A stretch of 32,000 nucleotides of DNA from Erysipelotrichaceae bacterium (GTDB lineage Bacteria; Bacillota_I; Bacilli_A; Erysipelotrichales; Erysipelotrichaceae). Positions 24,849 to 32,000 of the stretch are shown here, one piece after another (positions within the stretch are counted from its first letter, which is position 1; the number at the start of each line of letters is the position of its first letter). The notes under the pieces are model-generated. The model saw nothing but the letters and a program-made list of their open reading frames with translations. It searched no databases and had not been told where the DNA came from. The position numbers and the translations under genes were made by a program. The DNA lies in assembly GCA_030604855.1 (NCBI GenBank), contig JAUVVC010000007.1:1-32000 (forward strand), written 5' to 3'.

Positions 24849-24869
24849 AAGGGCAACTGCCCTTTTTTT
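24849..24869 (+). terminator. Terminator after the nitroreductase gene
   Basis: Stem AAGGG/CCCTT with loop CAACTG, then T-run. Confidence 0.6.
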
Positions 24870-24935
24870 GTCGCACATGGTCGATGCGTATGCCTAAGAA
24901 GTCTACATGTAATCGTAATCGCATATCATTTTAAG

Positions 24936-24964
24936 CAAACAAAAACTCCCCAGAGGGAGTTTTT
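24936..24964 (-). terminator. Terminator after rpsI
   Basis: 9-bp stem AAAACTCCC/GGGAGTTTT with loop TCTG, then a T-rich tail on the minus strand. Confidence 0.75.
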
Positions 24965-24986
24965 GAGTTTTTGACTAATGAATGGA

Positions 24987-25397
24987 TTAACGTTTCGAGA
25001 ACTGTGGAGCTCTACGAGCACCCTTAAGACCGTATTTCTTACGTTCCTTAGCACGTGGATCACGTGTTACGAAACCAGCAGCTTTCAAAGCTGGACGGTA
25101 TTCAGGGGATACTTCCATAAGTGCACGTGTGATTCCGTGACGCATCGCGCCGGATTGACCCGTGTAACCACCACCTTGAACATTGATCTTAACATCGAAT
25201 GTTGCTAGGGTTTCAGTCAATACTAATGGTGAGCGAACGATCATTCTTAAGGTTTCAAGTGGCAAGTACTCATCCAACGTCTTATCATTGACCGAGATGA
25301 TACCTGTTCCAGGTGTTAAGTAGACACGTGCTACAGATGATTTACGACGTCCAGTACCTAAGTAAGTTACGACGCTTTTCTTTTTCTTTGCGACCAT
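24987..25397 (-). CDS. rpsI: 30S ribosomal protein S9
   Basis: [21 protein letters not shown]...[25 protein letters not shown] is the unmistakable S9 sequence. Confidence 0.95.
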   Translation of the reverse strand: MVAKKKKSVVTYLGTGRRKSSVARVYLTPGTGIISVNDKTLDEYLPLETLRMIVRSPLVLTETLATFDVKINVQGGGYTGQSGAMRHGITRALMEVSPEYRPALKAAGFVTRDPRAKERKKYGLKGARRAPQFSKR

Positions 25398-25405
25398 GTT
25401 TCCTC

Positions 25406-25843
25406 CTAACCCTTAATTTTCATTTCAATAGGCTTTTGAGCCGTATGAGGATGATCAGCACCCTTGTAAACAAATAAGTGTTTGCGTTGTTTGTCACCTA
25501 AACGTGTGTGAGGCAACATTCCATGCACAGCTTTTTCCACCCATTCAATCGTGTAATTCTGACGCATAACACGTGTTGAACGCACACGTAATCCGCCTGC
25601 GAATTGTGAGTGAGCATAATAATTCTTCTTTTCGTCTTGATCTCCGGTGACGACAATTTTGTCCGCATTGATAATGATTACAAAATCTCCCGTGTCCACA
25701 TTAGGTGTGTACGTAGGTAAATGTTTACCACGTAAAACCGTCGCAACTTCCGATGCTAAACGGCCTAATGTTAAACCTGTTCCATCAACGATATACCATT
25801 GACGAACAACTTCATTTGGTTTTGCCATGGTTGTCTGGCGCAT
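25406..25843 (-). CDS. rplM: 50S ribosomal protein L13
   Basis: [21 protein letters not shown]...[16 protein letters not shown]. The start is the ATG at 25843, after AGGAGG; the upstream ORF-track start is unlikely. Confidence 0.95.
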   Translation of the reverse strand: MRQTTMAKPNEVVRQWYIVDGTGLTLGRLASEVATVLRGKHLPTYTPNVDTGDFVIIINADKIVVTGDQDEKKNYYAHSQFAGGLRVRSTRVMRQNYTIEWVEKAVHGMLPHTRLGDKQRKHLFVYKGADHPHTAQKPIEMKIKG

Positions 25844-25861
25844 ACTTTTCCTCCTAACCAA

Positions 25862-25903
25862 CTGTAGTTTCCGGGGCTACATTGGCATAAAGTGCCGATT
25901 GTT
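25862..25903 (-). promoter_or_regulatory. Structured rplM 5' leader (possible L13 autoregulatory leader)
   Basis: The leader contains two hairpins: GGCA-CTTTA-TGCC and CCAATGTAG-CCCCGGAAA-CTACA(G)TTGG. The second abuts the AGGAGG SD. Confidence 0.35.
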
Positions 25904-25932
25904 ATTATAGACGGAATAAGTCCAAGTGTCAA
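25904..25932 (-). promoter_or_regulatory. Consensus sigma-A promoter for rplM-rpsI
   Basis: Minus strand: TTGACA, 17-nt spacer, TATAAT. Both hexamers are perfect. Confidence 0.75.
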
Positions 25933-25942
25933 GGAGAATCAA

Positions 25943-26344
25943 CTATTTGATGTAAAGCCCGACACAGCTGAGACTCTTGTCAAAAGTCAGGGTAAAGGTC
26001 CCTTTACCGTCTACATAATCTACCACAACAATGACCACTGCATAAAGCTCTGATGTCACAGGATCCTTGGTATCTGTAATCGCAATCTGCGCATATTTCT
26101 CAAAGTTCCCAACTGCGGCAAACTTGGCTTCCGCAACTTCCTGAAGTGTTTCGATTGGCAACATTTCTCTGACATCTTCACGCATCCCAGCAAGAACTTG
26201 ATCGTATCGTGCGTCCTGAAGAGACTCAACGATCTGTTTTGCTTGTGTCGTCAATTCTTCTTCATCAAAACCTTCTGGAATTGAATTTGATGAACACGAC
26301 GCTAAAAACACAAGCACAGCAAGGAAAAGATACTTAATTTTCAT
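25943..26344 (-). CDS. Small lipoprotein of unknown function (DUF3887-like)
   Basis: The start is MKIKYLFLAVLVFLASC (lipobox LASC, ATG at 26344, 8 nt after AAAGGAG). The mature part is an ~115-aa soluble domain. The start overlaps the upstream protease gene by 11 nt. Confidence 0.65.
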   Translation of the reverse strand: MKIKYLFLAVLVFLASCSSNSIPEGFDEEELTTQAKQIVESLQDARYDQVLAGMREDVREMLPIETLQEVAEAKFAAVGNFEKYAQIAITDTKDPVTSELYAVVIVVVDYVDGKGTFTLTFDKSLSCVGLYIK

Positions 26345-27008
26345 TGAATCGTCTCCTTTCATGGAAGACAAAGAAGATAGCCAGACTCGCCATGACAAGC
26401 AAACTGAGCTCCACGTTCAAAACCCCAACGCCTAGACTCATTAAATAGACTGCTATAAAATTCACAAGTGTGTGTGCGAGTATTGAAAGAGTCAAACCAT
26501 ACTTCATGTGTTTAGAGATTTGTGCATAAACCAAAAATGAGAAGGCAAGATGCATACTCATCGCAAAGACACGTTCCACTCCGCCCATGATTAAATTAAA
26601 GTCATCCACGACGGACACATCCGTAAGTAATACAGCTGATCCCACCAGTAGAATTGCTTCAACCCCACCATGTCCAATTCCAAACGTGAAGACATCCATA
26701 AAGTTCGCTTTGACGAGTCCTTTTCGCATGATGAGGTAGCGACCAATCTCTTCAAATAAGCCTGCACTCAAAGACAACAGGAATAAATAAAGTATCGGAT
26801 GTTCATATGTAAAAAGGATATACCAAACGTGATTGGGAAGTATGAATTGTAACAGCGGAATGCGGGTAAAGACTTGAAAGATCAAGAATGTGATGATTCC
26901 CAGCAAGAGAGCCTTGACATGTCTCTTATCTTTGATCACAAGTAAAACAGCCAACGCAAATGGAAGACCGATACTCAATGTAAGGTTGATTAGAACCGAT
27001 ATCCGCAT
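26334..27008 (-). CDS. CPBP/YhfC-type intramembrane metalloprotease family protein
   Basis: Polytopic, with motifs GLFEEIGRY (EExxR), FGIGHGGVEA and LAHTLVNF (HxxxN). The ATG at 27008 is preferred over the GTG at 27011. Confidence 0.65.
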   Translation of the reverse strand: MRISVLINLTLSIGLPFALAVLLVIKDKRHVKALLLGIITFLIFQVFTRIPLLQFILPNHVWYILFTYEHPILYLFLLSLSAGLFEEIGRYLIMRKGLVKANFMDVFTFGIGHGGVEAILLVGSAVLLTDVSVVDDFNLIMGGVERVFAMSMHLAFSFLVYAQISKHMKYGLTLSILAHTLVNFIAVYLMSLGVGVLNVELSLLVMASLAIFFVFHERRRFNEN

Positions 27009-27027
27009 CACTATTTCCCGAGCAATA

Positions 27028-27807
27028 TCAGAACGGTAAACGCTCTAAAACCTTAATCCCTTTTTGTTTAAGTGTTTGTTCCGCACGACTGATGGACTCA
27101 AAATCCAAAAAATCTTCTGGATCATGCGCATCCACACCAATCACGACATCTGCACCGATTTCTGCGACTAAATCCCAGAAAGGGTCAAAGGGGTACGCAA
27201 GATCGACATGTGAGAAGTTACGGATGCCACCGAGATTGTATTCCAGCACCACACCCATTTCCTTAGCACATTGAATGATGCGACGTGACATATTGGACGC
27301 CTGATCATCCCATCTATGAATGGATCTTACAAAAAGATCGGGATGAGCAAAAATCTTATAATACCCGGTCTTTAGACCTTTGATGCTATCGTTTTCGTAA
27401 TGTTCCAAGAGTTGACTTGTTTTTTGATAACGACCATAATAACGGCCATTGATTTCCAATTGATGAAAGTGATTTCCAAAAACGACATAATCCAAGGGCG
27501 TTTCTTCCATCAATTTCTTCAACACTTCCATGCGATCTTCATAGTATTCCGCTTCCAAGCCAAGTCTGATCTTGATTTTGTTGGCGTATTGACGCTTCAA
27601 TCTCAAAATAGATTCCACATAGTCATTGTACTCATCCATGTGCATTCGAATAAAATGTTCTTCCAAAGGATGTTTAGGCCATGGCGCATGATCTGAAAAA
27701 CCAATTTCATCCAAACCAGCTTCGATCGCAGCTAAGACATAGGCCTCATCACTACCGACCGCATGTTTACAGCGTGTCGTATGGGTATGGTAATTTGTTT
27801 TGATCAT
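27028..27807 (-). CDS. PHP-domain phosphatase, histidinol-phosphatase (HisJ) family
   Basis: N-terminal NYHTHTTRCKHA, then IGFSDHAP, FAHPDL and GVDAHDP metal-ligand motifs in the order typical of HisJ/PHP enzymes. Confidence 0.8.
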   Translation of the reverse strand: MIKTNYHTHTTRCKHAVGSDEAYVLAAIEAGLDEIGFSDHAPWPKHPLEEHFIRMHMDEYNDYVESILRLKRQYANKIKIRLGLEAEYYEDRMEVLKKLMEETPLDYVVFGNHFHQLEINGRYYGRYQKTSQLLEHYENDSIKGLKTGYYKIFAHPDLFVRSIHRWDDQASNMSRRIIQCAKEMGVVLEYNLGGIRNFSHVDLAYPFDPFWDLVAEIGADVVIGVDAHDPEDFLDFESISRAEQTLKQKGIKVLERLPF

Positions 27808-28563
27808 TTACTCTCCTTCATAATGGACTTCCATAAGATAGAGTCCACAGGCATCTACGATTCCACTGTAGGCACGCTTGTCTTTTTTATCTAAGATGTT
27901 CAAGACATCGGAAGCCGATAATTTGTGGAGACCGACATCCAAAACCACCGCAACCAACATACGCACCATATAGCGCATGAACCCATTGCCTTCAAGTACA
28001 AAACGATATTGGTCGCCTTCATCGATACATTGGAAGTTCATCAAGGTGCGCACCTGATTTGGCATTTCATCCAAGGTGTTCGCACAGAAACTCGTAAAGT
28101 CATGCGTCCCTATCAAATAACCCATAGCTTGATGCATGGCTTCCATATCGAGTTTTTGAGTGATGCTCAAATGCGTTTGATAGGTAAAAGGGTTTCCCTC
28201 TTCCTTGAATACAAGATAATCATATTGTTTCGATACCACACTGAAACGTGCATGGAAACGTGGATCGACAAATTGAGCTCCCAAAATCTTGATATCCTTG
28301 GGAAGCTGACTGTTTAAAGCATACACCCAACGCTCTTCACTGATGTCCAAGTCGGAGTCAAAGTGAAAACATTGGCCAAAGGCATGCACTCCTGCATCAG
28401 TACGGCCAGAACCTGTGATTTTAACTGGTCGATGATGCATGCGGCTCAATACCGTCTGAATGGTGGACTGGATGGATACTTTCGTGTCCTGAACCTGCCA
28501 ACCTGCGTAATGCGCACCATGGTACATCACGGTACAGAGGATACGTTTTACAGACTTAGCCAT
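27808..28563 (-). CDS. truA: tRNA pseudouridine(38-40) synthase TruA
   Basis: YHGAHYAGWQVQ...GSGRTDAGVHAFGQCFHF (catalytic Asp motif RTDAGVHA)...GNGFMRYMVRMLV. Confidence 0.92.
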   Translation of the reverse strand: MAKSVKRILCTVMYHGAHYAGWQVQDTKVSIQSTIQTVLSRMHHRPVKITGSGRTDAGVHAFGQCFHFDSDLDISEERWVYALNSQLPKDIKILGAQFVDPRFHARFSVVSKQYDYLVFKEEGNPFTYQTHLSITQKLDMEAMHQAMGYLIGTHDFTSFCANTLDEMPNQVRTLMNFQCIDEGDQYRFVLEGNGFMRYMVRMLVAVVLDVGLHKLSASDVLNILDKKDKRAYSGIVDACGLYLMEVHYEGE

Positions 28564-29342
28564 ATGATGACACCCAGCAAAAGGATGACACTCCCCAACA
28601 TGATGTAATCTTTGAGACCATGCACCAATTGCTTATAGCGTGTACGGGTTGCGGAAGGGACATAACCTCGAGCTTCCATGGCATCCGCCAACTCCTCGGC
28701 ACGCTGAAAACTCGACACGAAAAGGGGCACGATCAAAGATAAGATTGCGACAATCTTCTCTTTAAAGTTCCCTTCTTTTAAATCAACCCCACGTGACGCC
28801 TGCGCCTTCATGATGCGATTCGTCTCATCAATCAAGGTTGGAATAAACCGGAGAGCGATTGAAATCATCATTGCGATCTCATGGGCTGGAAAACCAAAGC
28901 GTTTGAAAGGACTTAGGAGATCTTCAATGGCCAAGGTCAAATCCAAAGGTTTGGTGGAAGCTGTCAGAATCGTCGTGACCATGATCATCAACAATAACCT
29001 TACCGTTATGTATAAGGTTCTGAATATCGCATCACTGTAGATTTTGAAGCCTAGTACATCCACAAGAACATAGCCTGTTCTGAGTACCAACGCATTGACA
29101 AAGGTCAAAAAAACCAACATGAACAACATCGGTTTCATCGCTTTGAAAATCATCGTGAAATTCAGCTTTGCCAAAAGCAAGGCCAACAGTACGAAAACAC
29201 CAATGATCACATAACCGATATACCCAGAGGGTAAGAAGATGGTGACCATCAGAATCAACATACTGAGCAACTTATAACGAGGATCCATTTTATGGATAAT
29301 CGAATTTAAAGGAAGATAACGGCCTAATGCAATATTATTCAT
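28548..29342 (-). CDS. ecfT: Energy-coupling factor transporter transmembrane component EcfT
   Basis: IHKMDPRYKL N-terminus, the coupling-helix region ALRFIPTL...IMKAQASRG, and its position after the two ecfA genes. Confidence 0.9.
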   Translation of the reverse strand: MNNIALGRYLPLNSIIHKMDPRYKLLSMLILMVTIFLPSGYIGYVIIGVFVLLALLLAKLNFTMIFKAMKPMLFMLVFLTFVNALVLRTGYVLVDVLGFKIYSDAIFRTLYITVRLLLMIMVTTILTASTKPLDLTLAIEDLLSPFKRFGFPAHEIAMMISIALRFIPTLIDETNRIMKAQASRGVDLKEGNFKEKIVAILSLIVPLFVSSFQRAEELADAMEARGYVPSATRTRYKQLVHGLKDYIMLGSVILLLGVIIWLSL

Positions 29343-30192
29343 GGCTTATCTCCTTTTTGATACTTAAAGCGAGTTCTTGAACATTGCGGATCTTATCCGT
29401 CAATTTAAAACCCTTAGCCCGTAATGCCTCCGTAAATTTCAAACGTTGAGGCAATGCCATTTCAATGTCCAAGACATCTTCTCCCTTAAAGAAGAAATCA
29501 TTGACTTGTTGGTGCGTCAGAATCTCGCCCTTCTTCATTACGACGACATTATCACAGTAATTCAACACATGATCCATATCATGAGTCACGATTAAAATCG
29601 TCTTGTGATGGGTACGATTGAGCTCCACAAAAAGCTCCATCATGCTCTTTGCTCCTTGTGGATCTAAACCTGCTGTCGGTTCATCCAAAACCAAGACATC
29701 TGGGTCGATGGCCAAGATGCCTGCGATTGCGACGCGTCGTTTCTGTCCTCCAGATATATCTAGAGGGGAGCGTTCATAATAACTGGGATCCAAGCCGACC
29801 ATTGCCAAGGCTTTCATGGCTTTTTGACGGGCTTCTTCATCAGTGACTTTAAAATTCAAAGGCCCAAACATGACATCCTTGATGATGGTTTCTTCAAATA
29901 ATTGATACTCAGGAAATTGAAAAACGAGACCGACTTTTTTCCGCAACGATTTCAAATCTTTGTTTTTTTGATTTGCGACAATTTCACGATCCAATACATA
30001 GATGGTTCCAGAACTCGGTAATAACAGTGCATTCAAATGTTGAACCAAAGTACTCTTGCCACTTCCGGTGGGACCGATGATGGCGGTGATCTTATTCAAC
30101 TCAATCGCGAGATCGATTCTTTTTAGAGCTTCATACTCAAAAGGGGTCTTAGGAGCATAAATGTAATTTACTTGTTCAAAAGCAATTGGCAT
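29335..30192 (-). CDS. ecfA2: Energy-coupling factor transporter ATPase EcfA2
   Basis: Walker A GPTGSGKST, signature ISGGQKRRVAIAG, Walker B VLVLDEPTAG. The start is MPIAFEQV (ATG at 30192) after GGTGGA. Confidence 0.9.
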   Translation of the reverse strand: MPIAFEQVNYIYAPKTPFEYEALKRIDLAIELNKITAIIGPTGSGKSTLVQHLNALLLPSSGTIYVLDREIVANQKNKDLKSLRKKVGLVFQFPEYQLFEETIIKDVMFGPLNFKVTDEEARQKAMKALAMVGLDPSYYERSPLDISGGQKRRVAIAGILAIDPDVLVLDEPTAGLDPQGAKSMMELFVELNRTHHKTILIVTHDMDHVLNYCDNVVVMKKGEILTHQQVNDFFFKGEDVLDIEMALPQRLKFTEALRAKGFKLTDKIRNVQELALSIKKEISHE

Positions 30193-30995
30193 AATTCGTC
30201 CACCATCCCTTCCATATCCCATGCTTGTTTGACAGGGATGCCCAACTTCTTAAGCTCATTGGCAAGCCGAACACTGTATGGTGCCGCAAGCTTCAAACGA
30301 ATCAACTCTTCTTCATTCTTCATGACTTCACTGGGTGTTCCATCTTTGACGATACGTCCTTCGTACATGACGATGACATGATCGCTCTTTAAAACTTCTT
30401 CCACATCGTGGGTGATGGAGAGGATGGTCATGTTGTTTTCTTTATGCAGTTGCTTTACAAGCTTGTTGATGTCTTCCTTACCTTCAGGATCCAGCATCGA
30501 GGTGGCTTCATCCAGAATTAGAATATCTGGTTTCATAGAAAGAATACCCGCTATGGCAACACGTTGCTTCTGTCCACCGGATAAGCGTGTTGGTTCATGA
30601 TCAAGATATTCCGACATACCCACTTCACGCGCATAATTCTCGATGATCACATCCATCTCACTGGGTTCAACTTGATGATTCTCCAGACCAAATGCGATAT
30701 CATCCCGAACCGTGGCTCCGATAAATTGGTTGTCTGGATTTTGAAACACGATACCGATCTTACGACGTATGCCTTCAATCGATTCAAGACTCAATTCTTC
30801 ACCATCTATCAAGATGGATCCTTTTTCCTTTTCAAGCAAACCGATGATAAGTTTTGCGATCGTACTTTTTCCACTTCCATTGTGACCAATGAGTGTTGTA
30901 TAACTCCCTTTTTTAACGACAAAAGAGACGTCTTTTACGACATCTTGTGTTTGATCGTATGAAAAATTCAAATTCTTAATTTCAATTGGATTCAT
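30168..30995 (-). CDS. ecfA1: Energy-coupling factor transporter ATPase EcfA1
   Basis: Walker A GHNGSGKST, signature LSGGQKQRVAIAG, Walker B ILILDEATSMLD, and the first position of the ecfA1-ecfA2-ecfT trio. Confidence 0.9.
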   Translation of the reverse strand: MNPIEIKNLNFSYDQTQDVVKDVSFVVKKGSYTTLIGHNGSGKSTIAKLIIGLLEKEKGSILIDGEELSLESIEGIRRKIGIVFQNPDNQFIGATVRDDIAFGLENHQVEPSEMDVIIENYAREVGMSEYLDHEPTRLSGGQKQRVAIAGILSMKPDILILDEATSMLDPEGKEDINKLVKQLHKENNMTILSITHDVEEVLKSDHVIVMYEGRIVKDGTPSEVMKNEEELIRLKLAAPYSVRLANELKKLGIPVKQAWDMEGMVDELCQLLLNK

Positions 30996-31005
30996 AGTTC
31001 CTTCT

Positions 31006-31464
31006 TTAATTGCTCTTCACAAAATGATAATCTTGATAAATCCCATGTGCATTCGCTGCAAGTTGTGCAACACTCAAAACGGCATCAAACGCACTTTGAA
31101 CGTCTGCGTTGATCTGTTCTTTGAATACACAGTGAACCGCATCGGATTGTTCTTGCAATGTATACTGAGATCCGAGTTTCGTCTTGAAGATATCGCAGTT
31201 GACTTCATCTACAAAACTGATGGTATGTGTACATTCCAAGGTCGTTGCCTCTGGAAAAGCCTCCAATAAGACTTTCGTTTGGACACGATAGTTTTGAACG
31301 ATCGCAGGATCAAGTGTGATGTCTTCTTTAAGTTGTGCAAGCTCAGGATTTTTCTGATCGATATCCAGCTTTGATGGAAGATTCTTCTGTATATTTTTTT
31401 TAACCAGTTGTGCAACACCATAAGCAGCCGCACCAAGTGCGAATAGTTTGAGTAATGTTTTCAT
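31006..31464 (-). CDS. Hypothetical protein with an N-terminal membrane anchor or signal sequence
   Basis: MKTLLKLFALGAAAYGVAQLV hydrophobic N-terminus, with no recognisable motif in the remainder. It is tightly packed, with a 4-nt overlap upstream and a 10-nt gap to ecfA1. Confidence 0.55.
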   Translation of the reverse strand: MKTLLKLFALGAAAYGVAQLVKKNIQKNLPSKLDIDQKNPELAQLKEDITLDPAIVQNYRVQTKVLLEAFPEATTLECTHTISFVDEVNCDIFKTKLGSQYTLQEQSDAVHCVFKEQINADVQSAFDAVLSVAQLAANAHGIYQDYHFVKSN

Positions 31465-32000
31465 CGGGATTCTCCTTTGGTTATCATATCACAATCTATG
31501 CTTTCTGGGTATTTACGCCATATCAGCAAGACTCCATCCCCGACATCGTACTTATGCGTGATGTAATTTGGATTCCCTTCAAGCACTTTTTGAAAATGCG
31601 CGATTTTTTCAACCATGTGACGTAAATTCTTACGTAAGACAAGTTCTGAGCGATTCGCGACATGACCATGAAAATCGATGTTGTCCACCAAAATCGTTCC
31701 CTTGGCAGATAGATTGTCAATAAAGAGATTGAAATAATTGAGTTGTTGAGCTTTGGGTCCATCCAAAAAGATCAAATCAAACTTTTTGTCGGTTTGATAA
31801 TCCTTAGCATCCATCCATATGCATTCAATTTGATGATCAAGATTAAAGCTTTTAACGTTCATCAATGCTTCAACATAGCGTGCATGACTGAACTCAATTG
31901 TAGTGATCTTGATCTTGGAATCCAACAACGCCATTGCAATACTCCAATAGCCCACTGCTGTACCAATTTCTAGAATATTAACGACATTATGGGAACGTAT
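31461..32000 (-). CDS. Class I SAM-dependent O-methyltransferase (family 3, YrrM/TrmR-like), 5'-partial at the window edge
   Basis: The frame stays open to position 32000 (…NILEIGTAVGYWSIAMAL…), which contains the SAM-binding motif I (LEIGTAVG). DLIFLDGPK and ILVDNI follow. The ORF-track GTG at 31955 is internal. Confidence 0.75.
   Translation of the reverse strand: MRSHNVVNILEIGTAVGYWSIAMALLDSKIKITTIEFSHARYVEALMNVKSFNLDHQIECIWMDAKDYQTDKKFDLIFLDGPKAQQLNYFNLFIDNLSAKGTILVDNIDFHGHVANRSELVLRKNLRHMVEKIAHFQKVLEGNPNYITHKYDVGDGVLLIWRKYPESIDCDMITKGESR

Overview
This is a chromosomal segment from a low-GC Gram-positive (Bacillota-type) genome using the standard genetic code (TGA is a stop, Trp is TGG). 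About 90% of genes are on the minus strand. All family calls come from motifs read by eye in the supplied translations; no database search was possible.

Housekeeping backbone, right to left on the minus strand:
- A partial O-methyltransferase, a small anchored protein, then ecfA1-ecfA2-ecfT-truA.
- A PHP phosphatase, an intramembrane protease and a lipoprotein.
- rplM-rpsI with a consensus promoter.
- A tRNA-Ile/tRNA-Ala mini-operon, a MATE exporter, and tRNA-Asn, tRNA-Glu and tRNA-Lys.
- Two paralogous LivJ-type lipoproteins followed by livHMGF and a coupled CBS/ACT gene.
- A flavodoxin-like gene paired with a thioredoxin-reductase-like gene, then tRNA-Leu.

The left part, about 3.2-13.8 kb, is accessory and decaying:
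- An AT-rich ORFan membrane protein.
- An intact IS630-family element with recognisable inverted repeats and TA flanks.
- An arsR gene followed by a truncated CoA-disulfide-reductase-like gene.
- An unidentified broken gene, a DUF368 membrane protein and a frameshifted FAD-linked oxidase pseudogene.
- An RpiR-type regulator with an MFS transporter.
- An isolated zinc-ribbon protein of unknown function next to an ORF-free AT-rich tract.

At the far left are a nitroreductase and a translationally coupled racemase plus Ddl-family ATP-grasp ligase pair.

I found no CRISPR array, no rRNA and no convincing multi-gene novel system. The items most worth follow-up are:
- the racemase/ligase pair;
- the flavodoxin-like gene paired with a TrxR-like gene that lacks NADPH motifs;
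- the orphan zinc-ribbon gene on its AT-rich islet;
- the IS630-associated truncation;
- the CBS-ACT gene fused onto the liv operon;
- the duplicated binding-protein-plus-promoter modules;
- a shared palindrome flanking the RpiR gene;
- a structured 3' region downstream of the DUF368 gene.
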